Part shown: one piece after another, positions 50,136 through 59,397 of the stretch
How positions within the stretch are numbered: position 1 is the first letter of the stretch
Layout: each line of letters starts with the position of its first letter
Assembly: GCA_963668315.1 (NCBI GenBank)
Contig: OY764216.1
Span: forward strand, 4,704,001-4,768,000
Length of the DNA: 64,000 nt
Direction of reading: 5' to 3'
DNA from: Spirochaetia bacterium
GTDB lineage: Bacteria > Spirochaetota > Spirochaetia > DSM-2461
Made by a program: the position numbers and the translations under genes
The notes under the pieces: model-generated
What the model saw: the letters and a program-made list of their open reading frames with translations, nothing else
The model's database searches: none
Told to the model about the DNA's origin: nothing

Positions 50136-50756
50136 ATGACATTAGAAAGCATAGACAGCAGAATTGACGAAATCAATAACAGAATCAAAGCGATTGAAGG
50201 AAGACCGACGGAAGTCTACAGCCGCATCGTAGGATATTACCGCTCCGTTAAAAACTGGAACAATGGAAAAAGCGCCGAGTATAAAGTACGCAAAACCTTC
50301 ATGGAACCGGAAATTACGCCCTGCCAGCCCCCGGTCCTCAATGTGGAGTTCATAGATGAAACACCCGTGGCAGAACAGGCCGTTGCCGTAACGGAAGCCG
50401 CGGCGGAAACTGTAAGCAGTGATGCCGATGACAGCCAGGCCGATCTCTTCGCCATGGACGATGCTCCCGCCGTATCTTTATCGGCAGATGAAGTGGGAAG
50501 CTACTCTTTCTTTTTCCGGAATACCTGTCCCAATTGTCCCCCTGTAAAGGAATTGATCTCCCAGCTTGGATGGGATGGACAGCATATCAATGTGGATGAG
50601 GAAGAGGGTCTAAATGCGGCAGTGGAGCATAACGTATTCACCGCCCCCACGGTCATCGTCTTCTCCCCCGAGGGAAATGAGATTTTCCGGACCGATAACG
50701 TAAAGGGCCTGAAAGAGTTCATAGAGAGCAGTGCCCAGACCGTCTCTGCCGTTTAA
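50136..50756 (+). CDS. Stand-alone NrdD glycyl-radical domain fused to a glutaredoxin/thioredoxin-like domain
   Basis: TEVYSRIVGYYRSVKNWNNGKSAEY, an acidic linker, TCPNCPPVK and cis-Pro motif TAPTVIV; has its own SD GAGGAG. Confidence 0.88.
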   Translation: MTLESIDSRIDEINNRIKAIEGRPTEVYSRIVGYYRSVKNWNNGKSAEYKVRKTFMEPEITPCQPPVLNVEFIDETPVAEQAVAVTEAAAETVSSDADDSQADLFAMDDAPAVSLSADEVGSYSFFFRNTCPNCPPVKELISQLGWDGQHINVDEEEGLNAAVEHNVFTAPTVIVFSPEGNEIFRTDNVKGLKEFIESSAQTVSAV

Positions 50757-51437
50757 ATGAAATTCGGATTGCAGAAAACCACTTTACTCGATTATCCGGG
50801 TAAAGTGGCGGCCATTCTTTTTACACCCGGATGTAATCTCCGCTGCCCCTATTGTCATAATCCGGAACTTGTTTCCGGAGGAGATGATGAGGGGCTCATC
50901 AGTCTTGATGAGGTTCGGGCTTTTCTTCTCAAACGCTCTTCCGTCCTGGGCGGTGTCGTCATCACGGGCGGAGAACCATTACTCCACGGGAATAAAATCC
51001 TGGACCTTATCAATGAAATTCACTCGCTGGGACTTTCCGTAAAAATCGATACGAACGGTCTCTTTCCCGATTTGCTTCCCCTTCTCGGGGCAGATTTCAT
51101 AGCCATGGACCTTAAAACATCTCCTTTACGCTATGGTGAACTGGGCTGCGGAATGCCCGATTATCAGGAGAGACTGAAGCGTTCAGCCCGATGGATCATT
51201 GAATCGGGAATAGAACACCAGTTCCGTACAACCCTTTGCGAAGACTTTATCAAAGAGAAGGATGTCTCCGATATGGCGGATCTTATACAGGGCTGTCAGA
51301 GTCACCGTATAACCCCTTTCCGCCCCGGCAGAACGCTGCACAGGGATTGGATCGACAAACCGGCTCCTTCGGGGGAATACGTGGAAATGATTAAAGAACT
51401 CTTTATAAAAAAAGGAATCCCCAGTCATACAGCATAA
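50757..51437 (+). CDS. nrdG: Anaerobic RNR activating enzyme (radical SAM)
   Basis: LLDYPGK, GCNLRCPYCHN, ITGGEP and DTNG. Confidence 0.93.
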   Translation: MKFGLQKTTLLDYPGKVAAILFTPGCNLRCPYCHNPELVSGGDDEGLISLDEVRAFLLKRSSVLGGVVITGGEPLLHGNKILDLINEIHSLGLSVKIDTNGLFPDLLPLLGADFIAMDLKTSPLRYGELGCGMPDYQERLKRSARWIIESGIEHQFRTTLCEDFIKEKDVSDMADLIQGCQSHRITPFRPGRTLHRDWIDKPAPSGEYVEMIKELFIKKGIPSHTA

Positions 51438-51480
51438 AGCGATGACACGGAGATTCCCATTTACGGGAAAGGAATTCCCC

Positions 51481-51918
51481 TTACCCCTTTAAGACGGAAA
51501 CAATCCGTTCCAGTACTTTCTTTCTGTCGAGGGGTTTGACAATATAGTTTTTCGCTCCGGTAATAAGAGCCCGTTTAACCAAATCTTCCTTGCCGAGAGC
51601 GCTGATCATAATGATTTTTGCATTACTGTCAAACTCGACAAGTTTTTCAAGAGCCGTCAGTCCGTCCATTCGCGGCATCGTTATATCCAGCGTTACCAGA
51701 TCAACATTGGGTGATAGGCTCTTATACATTTCAAGACCCTCCACTCCGTCACCGGCTTCGCCTACAATCTCAAAACCCTCTGATGTCAAAATCTGTGACA
51801 ATTGCTTTCTAACAAACATGGAATCATCTATAAGAAGAACCTTGTAGGGTACGCCCAGTTCGTTGAGCCCATCAGGGTTTTTGGCGTTTATGGTTGGGAA
51901 GTCAGCATTCGCTTTCAT
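51481..51918 (-). CDS. cheY: Spirochaete-type chemotaxis response regulator CheY
   Basis: Single receiver domain (IDDS, LVTLDITMP, ISALG, YIVKP) with a spirochaete-like N-terminal extension. Confidence 0.85.
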   Translation of the reverse strand: MKANADFPTINAKNPDGLNELGVPYKVLLIDDSMFVRKQLSQILTSEGFEIVGEAGDGVEGLEMYKSLSPNVDLVTLDITMPRMDGLTALEKLVEFDSNAKIIMISALGKEDLVKRALITGAKNYIVKPLDRKKVLERIVSVLKG

Positions 51919-52014
51919 CTAGTCCTCCTGGAAAATCTCTCTAATTAGTTTATAACATTTCGCCATTTGATGCAAAGATTTTTATTTTTTTTTCCCCTAT
52001 TGCATCAACGCGCC

Positions 52015-54405
52015 TTAGCTATCGCTCTTTCCTTCATCCTCTTCCCCGTCCTTGTCCTTGGGCAGGGGCTTGGCATTACGGCACTTGGGGTAATTACTGC
52101 AAGAAAGGAACGGGCCGCGGCGGCTCATCTTCACCACCATCTCCCCGCCGCATTTATCACAGAGGATTCCCTCCACCTTCGGAAGTTCCACAACCTTGCC
52201 GTCCTTATCGAGGGGCAGAGTATTCTTACAGTCAGGATAGTTGGAACAGGCCAGAAAAGGGCCTCTTCTGCCCATTTTGACTTCCATGGGTTTCCCGCAT
52301 TTATCACAGGTTCTCTCAATCTTGGGAAGCTCTACGGGCTTTCCGTCCTTATCAAGAGAGAGTGTGGTTTTGCATTCCGGATAGGCGGAACAGGCAAGAA
52401 ACTCCTTTCCGTAACGGGATTTTTTCTTGACCATAGGTTTTCCGCAGGTCGGACAGTTAACCTCGGGCGTCTCTTCGCCGTCCTCACTGGTTTCCCCCTC
52501 GCCGGGAAGGGGCAGAAGTCCCTTGCAGTTGGGATAATCGGCACAACCCAGAAAAGCACCGTTCATGGAGTAACGCACCACGAGTTTACCGCCGCACTGG
52601 GGGCAAACCTCCTCGCCGGTCCACTCACGGTTTTTCAGAGCTTCCGCTTCTTCGGTAGCCTTTTCCACTGACTGGGCGAAGGGTTTGTAAAAATCATCGA
52701 TAAGCTGAACCCAGTCAACCTTGCCGCTCTCCACTTTATCCAGATCGTTTTCCATGGCGGCGGTGAACTTCAGGTCCATGATATTGGAGAAGTTGTTGAC
52801 GAGCATATCATTCACGGCCATTCCCAGCTCGGTAGCATGGAATGCCCTTTTCTCCAGCCGGACATACCCCCTCTCCCGGATCGTCTTGATAATGGGAGCA
52901 TAGGTGGAAGGACGGCCGATGCCCTCTTTTTCCAGGGCCCTGACCAGGGAGGCTTCGGAGTAGCGGGAAGGAGGCTTGGTGAAATGCTGAGCCGTTTCCA
53001 GCTCCTTCAGCTTCAGAGGATCTTCGTCCTTGAGGGCAGGCAGTTTCTGATCCTTGTTGTCCTTCTCCTCATCACCCTCTTTTTTGGGGGCTTCCGGGAT
53101 CAGTACGGTATAGCCGTCAAATACGGTCACACGGCCCTTGGCCTCGAAAATACCCTCGTCCGCCTTGATCCGTGCAGTCGTGGTAAGATAACGGGCGGGA
53201 TTCATCTGGGACGCGACAAAACGTCTCCAGATCAGCTCATACAACTTATACTGTTCGGCCGTGAGGTAGGGTTTGACCATCTCAGGCGTGTATTCAACAC
53301 TGGTGGGCCTGATGGCCTCATGGGCATCCTGTGCCCCTTCGCTCTTGCCGTAAGTGTTGGGACTTTCAGGCAGATACTCCTTGGCAAAATTTTTCCCGAT
53401 ATAATTCCTGACTTCCTCGATCGCTTCCGGAGCGATACGGGTGGAGTCGGTACGCATGTAGGTAATCAGACCGACATGATTCCCGTCCCCTAGCTCCATA
53501 CCTTCGTAGAGCTTCTGGGCGACACTCATGGTCCGGGACGTTCCGAAGCGAAGGCTCGTACTGGCCGCCTGCTGCAGGGTGGACGTGATAAACGGGGGAA
53601 GAAGCCGGGATTTGGCTTCTTTGCTCTTCACCGATTCGACGGAGTAGTCGGCCTTCTCAAGACGAGAGGCGATTTCACGGGCGCTCTCTTCGGTACTGGC
53701 GGAAGGGGTTCCCAGGGCGAATTTCTCGCCCTTCCACTCCACCAGCTGAGCCTCAAAGGCGTCCTTCTTCTTTCCTTCCAGATAAAGATGGGCGGCGATC
53801 CGCCAGAACTCTTCGGGAACAAAGGCGGCGATTTCCCTCTCCCTGTCCACAACGATACGAACCGCAACGGACTGTACACGGCCGGCGGAAAGATTCTTGG
53901 CTATTTTCTTCCAGAGAAAGGGAGAAAGAGAAAAACCCACAAGCCTGTCCAGGACACGGCGGCCCTGCTGGGCATTTACCAGATCCATATCGATATGACT
54001 CGGGTGGCTTACGGCATCAAGAACCGCCTTTTTAGTGATAGCCTGATAGGTGATCCTCTTGGCCTGCTCGTCACTGAGCTCCATCACTTCCTTTAAATGC
54101 CAGGCGATGGCTTCCCCTTCACGGTCGGGGTCGGGAGCCAGAAAGACTTCGCTCGCCGTACTGGCTGCCTTCTTAAGCTCGTTAACGGTCTTCTCCTTAC
54201 CCTTTATCACGATGTAATTGGGCTTGTAGCCGTTCTCTATATCGATACCGAAGGATTTCTTTCCCCATCCTTTCTGCAAATCTCTTATATGACCTACCGA
54301 AGCCTTGACTTCAAAGTCAGGACCGAGGATTTTTTTTATGGTTTTCGCCTTGGCGGGACTTTCCACGATGACGAGTTTTTTTCCCTTCGAAGCTGTTTCA
54401 GCCAT
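52015..54405 (-). CDS. topA: DNA topoisomerase I
   Basis: IVESPAKAK, DPDREGEAI, SAGRVQS, ITYMRTDS, GIGRPSTY and four C-terminal Zn ribbons. Confidence 0.97.
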   Translation of the reverse strand: MAETASKGKKLVIVESPAKAKTIKKILGPDFEVKASVGHIRDLQKGWGKKSFGIDIENGYKPNYIVIKGKEKTVNELKKAASTASEVFLAPDPDREGEAIAWHLKEVMELSDEQAKRITYQAITKKAVLDAVSHPSHIDMDLVNAQQGRRVLDRLVGFSLSPFLWKKIAKNLSAGRVQSVAVRIVVDREREIAAFVPEEFWRIAAHLYLEGKKKDAFEAQLVEWKGEKFALGTPSASTEESAREIASRLEKADYSVESVKSKEAKSRLLPPFITSTLQQAASTSLRFGTSRTMSVAQKLYEGMELGDGNHVGLITYMRTDSTRIAPEAIEEVRNYIGKNFAKEYLPESPNTYGKSEGAQDAHEAIRPTSVEYTPEMVKPYLTAEQYKLYELIWRRFVASQMNPARYLTTTARIKADEGIFEAKGRVTVFDGYTVLIPEAPKKEGDEEKDNKDQKLPALKDEDPLKLKELETAQHFTKPPSRYSEASLVRALEKEGIGRPSTYAPIIKTIRERGYVRLEKRAFHATELGMAVNDMLVNNFSNIMDLKFTAAMENDLDKVESGKVDWVQLIDDFYKPFAQSVEKATEEAEALKNREWTGEEVCPQCGGKLVVRYSMNGAFLGCADYPNCKGLLPLPGEGETSEDGEETPEVNCPTCGKPMVKKKSRYGKEFLACSAYPECKTTLSLDKDGKPVELPKIERTCDKCGKPMEVKMGRRGPFLACSNYPDCKNTLPLDKDGKVVELPKVEGILCDKCGGEMVVKMSRRGPFLSCSNYPKCRNAKPLPKDKDGEEDEGKSDS

Positions 54406-54574
54406 GAAGCCTCCCTGAATACAACGGGCAAAAACACCCGGATTTAACAATTATTAATGGCTGTGGAAAGAGATGTCAAGCGTTTTCGCTGTTTTTTTAC
54501 GGTAATTCCCCATAATTTCCGAAGGTTGATCAGTCTCCTTTTGCCTTTTATTGGAGTTATGATATAATGAATCC

Positions 54575-56392
54575 ATGGGTGATTTCTGGAAAAATCTGAA
54601 CAAGCTGTTTCCTCCTTCTCCGGAGGAAAAGGATCTGTCGCTCCATCTTTTTCAGGAGTACAGCCGCAAGGGGTATTTGTGCCGGCTCAATAGGGAATTA
54701 CTGGAATTGTCCCTTCCGGTGATCGCCGATTTTTTCCACCGGAGCACATCCCTCCACGGAGATGCCTCTCCTGTAAGCCGGAGGAGAGATTCCCGCTGGA
54801 TGTGCGAAAGCGATTACTGTTTTTTCAACATCCGCGCCGCCGGACAAAACCGGAGACCGGGAAATTTCGTTAAAGCTTCCATGCTGCTCACAGGGCTCAG
54901 GTCAGATGCGGTTCATCTGGCACCCCTGACGCGGCAGGCGGGAGAGAACGTGAATGCCCTCCTGAGCCATTCCCATATCAACCCCGATCTTCTCTGTCCC
55001 GAACTGGGAGAGAAGTTCACCGCAGAAGAGCAATTGACTGGATTCGTCGAGGCGGCTCACTCCCTGGGCGTTAAAGTCGGCTTTGATCTCCCTCTCACCC
55101 TCTCCTGGGACGGAGAAGTTCTTTACCATAAGCCCGAAATGTTCCGCTGGATAAAACTGGAGACCCAGCACCGCTACAGCCGTGAGGGAGGACGGCCTTT
55201 TTCCGAAGAGATATCCCGGGATGTACAGAAGGAGTATGCCGCGCGGATCAGAGAAATCGTGGATAAGAATCTGGCCCGCGGCATACCCTACGATCATATG
55301 GGCCCCCTGATTCGGGAAGAGGGTTTCTTTCCCGTTCCCGTAAATTCACAGCGGGGCAAAGGCATTCCCTATTTCATAACCTATGACGAGGAGGAGAGAA
55401 GGCCCCAGTTTTTTCAGTCTTCCCAGAAGTCGGAAATGACCACTTTCCAGTTCACCTACCCCTCCGACAAAGGGCAGGAAGAATTGCCCGATACGGGTGA
55501 CTACTACTCCCGTATTTTTCCCCTCTGGCAGAAAAAATTCCATATAGATTTTCTTTATGTCGATTCCCTGGGCGCCGTCTGGGAGGAATCGGAACTTCCC
55601 AAGGAGACCCCCACCCCCGGCCAGATAAGCCGTCAGATAGGAAAGGGCCGGGAAACGAAGCGATACGCCGGAGCCATGACCACCGGTCGTCCCGTGAGAG
55701 TGGACAATTATATCCAGTCCGGATTCAACCTGATCATAGACCGCTCCGGCGTTAGCCGTCAGGACAGGGAGTACATGGAGAAACAGCGGGAGTTTTACCG
55801 CATCCTTAAAGAGGCCAACGGCACGAAGAGTCAGCATTTTTCCATCGTATACCACCTGGGATACAGGGAAAGGGGCAGTATGTCCTCCCTCCAGCGGGTC
55901 AGGCGCAACCATTTCCTCTCCCGCTTCCTGGGCTGCGGCGGCGGCAGGAGGAGTAAATACGAATCGATGGGGTTGAATGACGGCTCATCGGGACTGACCG
56001 CGTCCTTAAGGGAAAAGAAAAATCTTGAATGGAGCGAAGACAGGGAATCCCTGGAGTTTTATCACAACCTTGAGGATATCTACGATAGGCTCAAACCTGT
56101 CCTGGAGAAGGGTGAGATAGTCTACTCCCACCTGGACGACAGGGTCTTCTGGTGGATTATCCGAAAAGGACGGGAACTGCTGGTGCCCATCATATCCGTG
56201 GAGAACGAAGATATGCTTCCCCCGGGAGAGAGGGAAATTGACTTCTCCCCCTACCTTACGTCCCGGAAAGCCCCGTCTATCCTGGAATATGATTTTAACT
56301 CATCCACGGGAAATCTGGTGTTGTTCATGGGCGGACGCCTTTCCATAGACAGAATTCCCTACAGGAGTTTCCGCCTTTATTCGATAAACTGA
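54575..56392 (+). CDS. GH13 (alpha-amylase fold)-like protein, probably degenerate
   Basis: DAVHLAP and FVEAAHSLGVKVGFDL resemble GH13 beta-2/beta-3; the nucleophile region reads IDFLYVD instead of DG-x-R-x-D. Confidence 0.55.
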   Translation: MGDFWKNLNKLFPPSPEEKDLSLHLFQEYSRKGYLCRLNRELLELSLPVIADFFHRSTSLHGDASPVSRRRDSRWMCESDYCFFNIRAAGQNRRPGNFVKASMLLTGLRSDAVHLAPLTRQAGENVNALLSHSHINPDLLCPELGEKFTAEEQLTGFVEAAHSLGVKVGFDLPLTLSWDGEVLYHKPEMFRWIKLETQHRYSREGGRPFSEEISRDVQKEYAARIREIVDKNLARGIPYDHMGPLIREEGFFPVPVNSQRGKGIPYFITYDEEERRPQFFQSSQKSEMTTFQFTYPSDKGQEELPDTGDYYSRIFPLWQKKFHIDFLYVDSLGAVWEESELPKETPTPGQISRQIGKGRETKRYAGAMTTGRPVRVDNYIQSGFNLIIDRSGVSRQDREYMEKQREFYRILKEANGTKSQHFSIVYHLGYRERGSMSSLQRVRRNHFLSRFLGCGGGRRSKYESMGLNDGSSGLTASLREKKNLEWSEDRESLEFYHNLEDIYDRLKPVLEKGEIVYSHLDDRVFWWIIRKGRELLVPIISVENEDMLPPGEREIDFSPYLTSRKAPSILEYDFNSSTGNLVLFMGGRLSIDRIPYRSFRLYSIN

Positions 56393-56394
56393 TT

Positions 56395-57078
56395 ATGGGC
56401 CGTTTTTCCTTCCTCTTCCTGATGTTAATCCTCACCTTCCGGCTTGAAGCCCTTACCTGGCTGGAGGGGGATTTCTCCATTAATAAGGATTATGCCTTTT
56501 TTATAAAGGAAGGAGAGGATTTTCCCCTGCCCCCCCCACCCGAATGGTACCTGACGACAAGCCAGAGAAACCTGTACCGTACGCTAATGGAAGATGTCCG
56601 TTTTCTCTACTCTCTCATGCTCTACGGGGCACGGTTCACCTATGTGCCCGGAGACAGCAGGGACGGTGTGGAGGACCGGTTTGAATGGGAGCTGATGGGA
56701 GAGGTAGCCTGGGGAGATCCGGCTCTTTCCATCACGGACCTCTGGTTTGAAGGAAACGAACTCTATGTCCATATCCGCTACCGCCTCTCACCCACCCAGG
56801 CGGCCCGAATCGAAGCCTGGGAGAGTCCCGCCTTTCCTGTTTCCGGCGGCAGGGGGGAATACTCCATGCTCGAAGAGAACAGCCGTAAGGAAGCGGTCAG
56901 AATGGCCGTAAGGCAGAGTGTGAGAAATTACTGGCAGCCCCGGGAGTATAACCGTCCCCGGGAGCTATCGGGCCAGGTGTTCCTGAGAGAGTTTCCCCGT
57001 TTCGGTCTGGGACAGGGCATGGAAAAAGCATCAGTAATGACCCGATTCCGCTTTGATCCCGTGATTTCCTACCCTTAA
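56395..57078 (+). CDS. Exported hypothetical protein
   Basis: N-terminal signal peptide; begins 2 nt after the previous stop. Confidence 0.6.
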   Translation: MGRFSFLFLMLILTFRLEALTWLEGDFSINKDYAFFIKEGEDFPLPPPPEWYLTTSQRNLYRTLMEDVRFLYSLMLYGARFTYVPGDSRDGVEDRFEWELMGEVAWGDPALSITDLWFEGNELYVHIRYRLSPTQAARIEAWESPAFPVSGGRGEYSMLEENSRKEAVRMAVRQSVRNYWQPREYNRPRELSGQVFLREFPRFGLGQGMEKASVMTRFRFDPVISYP

Positions 57079-57154
57079 ATGTACATAATGTACGAACGTA
57101 CTGTTCAAAAACTTTCATATTTCCTATAATATGGATAGAGATAAGGAGTTCCCC

Positions 57155-57628
57155 TTGAAAAGAGAAATGAAACGCGTGGACAGACAGGTGACAGACCGAA
57201 ATGAAATAGACGATATCATTCAGAGATGCCAGGTCTGCCGGGTGGGAATGATTGACGGCGACGAACCCTATGTGGTTCCCATGAACTTCGGGTATAAGGA
57301 AAATTGCCTCTACTTTCACGGAGCCCTGACGGGAAGAAAGATTTCCCTTCTGGAAGGAAGTCCGCGCGTCTGTCTCGAATTCGATCTGGCCCATGAAGTG
57401 GTGACCAATGACGAGACGGCCTGTAAATGGTCCCAGAAATACGAAAGCGTCATTGCCTGGGGAAAGGCGGTAATCATGACATCCCCCGATGAAAAGAGAG
57501 ATGCCTTCAACACTATCATGGGCCACTACTCGGAAAGAAAAGAGTGGGACTATCCGGATATTATCATAGAAAGAACTCATCTCATCAAAATTCTCATTGA
57601 TAAAATCACGGCTAAACGATTTCTATAA
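57155..57628 (+). CDS. Pyridoxamine 5'-phosphate oxidase-like FMN-binding protein (NimA-like)
   Basis: MKRVDRQ, PYVVPMNFG, LYFHGA..GRK and YESVIAWG; TTG start with SD AAGGAG. Confidence 0.88.
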   Translation: MKREMKRVDRQVTDRNEIDDIIQRCQVCRVGMIDGDEPYVVPMNFGYKENCLYFHGALTGRKISLLEGSPRVCLEFDLAHEVVTNDETACKWSQKYESVIAWGKAVIMTSPDEKRDAFNTIMGHYSERKEWDYPDIIIERTHLIKILIDKITAKRFL

Positions 57629-57683
57629 TTTTTCCGGATAAACTGGAATTCACCCTGCTCTTTTTGTATTTTAGGAAGAAATA

Positions 57684-58322
57684 ATGAAAAAGAAAAAAAT
57701 TATTACCGATTACTATGACAAAGAGCTTCTTCAGGATCCCGAAAGGAGGGAGCATCTGGGATGGGAGAGCAGGGAATCCCAATTCAGACGCTTCAAGATT
57801 CTGACCGATTATGTCGATCTGAAGGGAAAAAGAATTCTTGATGTGGGCTGCGGGATGGGACATCTGATAGATCATCTGAATGAAGAGGGGATTAATGCCG
57901 ATTATACCGGCCTGGACCTTCTTCCCTCCATGATAGATGAAGCATCTGCAAGACATGGAGAACATCACTTTATTCAAGGGGATCTCTTTCAGGAGAAAAT
58001 GTTCGATAAGGATAGTTTTCATGTCCTCTACTGTTCGGGACTTTTCAACCTCAATACGGGTAATAATTTCGATTTCCTCCTGGAAGCGGTGGAGAAGTTC
58101 ATACACCTGACCTCGGAGACCGTCGTATTCAATCTCCTCCACAGGGATTCTCCCGGACGGGAGGAGAAATATTACTATTTCTATCCGGACCAGGTCATCA
58201 GAGAAGTGGAAAAGCTCTCCGATAATATTCATTCCATTCAGCTTGTGGAACACTATCTGAATAACGATTTCACCCTATTCCTAGGATTACAGGACGGCCC
58301 CCTATGCAAAAAAGAGAACTAA
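57684..58322 (+). CDS. Class I SAM-dependent methyltransferase
   Basis: LGW...SQFRRF, ILDVGCGMG, YTGLD, SGLFN and YLNNDFT. Confidence 0.88.
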   Translation: MKKKKIITDYYDKELLQDPERREHLGWESRESQFRRFKILTDYVDLKGKRILDVGCGMGHLIDHLNEEGINADYTGLDLLPSMIDEASARHGEHHFIQGDLFQEKMFDKDSFHVLYCSGLFNLNTGNNFDFLLEAVEKFIHLTSETVVFNLLHRDSPGREEKYYYFYPDQVIREVEKLSDNIHSIQLVEHYLNNDFTLFLGLQDGPLCKKEN

Positions 58323-59176
58323 CCCTTAAAGACAGAGAACTGATTTCGGAAAAACTGAATGCCCTCGATATTCATCTGGCTGAATTCTGTTTCCCCAATC
58401 TCTACTTTTTTAGAAATGTACATGAATATGAAGTACTGGAAATGGAAAACATAACCCTTATCGGGGGAGTCAGCTACGACAAAAAACATTACCTCATGCC
58501 TCTTCACGCCCCGTCTGAAGATCCGGAGCCCTGCCTCAACAGGGTGAAAAAACTTCTGACAGAGACGGAATACGACTGCATTTTTCCGATTCCCGAAGAG
58601 TGGCTCTGCTGTTTTCCCGAAGAAGATTTCCACCGTTCCTACCACGACAGCGATACGGATTACCTCTTTCTTACGGAAAAAATGGCCGCCTACCCGGGAA
58701 AGAAGATGCATAAGAAGAAAAACCTGAAGAATCAGTTTCTCAAGTCCTATGAATCTCTGTCCCGGGAACTGACCGATGAAAACCGGGCGGATGCTCTTTA
58801 TCTTCTGGACCTATGGCAGAACGCCTCCATACACGAGCTGGAAGTAAATGACTACGGCCCCTGCAAGGAAGCCCTGGAAGATATGGAAGGTTTCGGACTA
58901 TCCGGCTATGTGTTCTACGCCGACGGGAAACCGGCCGGATTCGTTCTTGGAGAACCGCTGAATCCTTCCACCTTCACCATTCATTTTGCCAAGGCCGATA
59001 TTGAGTTCAAGGGGATTTATGCCTATATGTTCAGTGAATTCTGCGAGCTGATCAAGGATAAATACGAATACATTAACATGGAACAGGATCTGGGAAAACC
59101 AGGACTCCGGCAGACGAAAAAATCCTACAGGCCGGATCTCATGGCCCATAAATATAGAATTGAATTGCGTCAGTAG
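58304..59176 (+). CDS. Stand-alone DUF2156 (aminoacyl-tRNA transferase-like GNAT) protein
   Basis: EFCFPNLY, DYLF...GKKMHKKKN, IHFAKA, GIY and YINMEQDLGKPGLRQTKKSYRP. Confidence 0.88.
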   Translation: MQKRELTLKDRELISEKLNALDIHLAEFCFPNLYFFRNVHEYEVLEMENITLIGGVSYDKKHYLMPLHAPSEDPEPCLNRVKKLLTETEYDCIFPIPEEWLCCFPEEDFHRSYHDSDTDYLFLTEKMAAYPGKKMHKKKNLKNQFLKSYESLSRELTDENRADALYLLDLWQNASIHELEVNDYGPCKEALEDMEGFGLSGYVFYADGKPAGFVLGEPLNPSTFTIHFAKADIEFKGIYAYMFSEFCELIKDKYEYINMEQDLGKPGLRQTKKSYRPDLMAHKYRIELRQ

Positions 59177-59298
59177 ATATTTTAATATCAGCCTCGAACC
59201 GCGGAATGATAATTTTCGGGAACGACTTACGCTTCAGAGAATGGAGTAAGTCTGCAATAGCAGGAAAATGGATGGTGTTATACCGTTTTCAATATACC

Positions 59299-59354
59299 CC
59301 CCTTTCCCCTTTCCCCTTTCCCCTTTCCCCTTTCCCCTTTCCCCTTTCCCCTTT
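59299..59354. repeat. Perfect heptamer tandem repeat (CCCCTTT)8
   Basis: Counted directly; intergenic, ending 7 bp upstream of the aspS -35 candidate. Confidence 0.97.
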
Positions 59355-59361
59355 CGGGCAA

Positions 59362-59391
59362 TTGAACAAAATATAAAACCCGTGGTACATT
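59362..59391 (+). promoter_or_regulatory. aspS promoter candidate
   Basis: TTGAAC, 18 bp, TACATT with an extended TG. Confidence 0.5.
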
Positions 59392-59397
59392 GTGCGA

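Noticed and set aside
59177..59397. T-box leader for aspS
   Set aside because: No GGTGG-x-ACCGCG T-box or terminator is present, and the promoter candidate is directly adjacent to the ATG.
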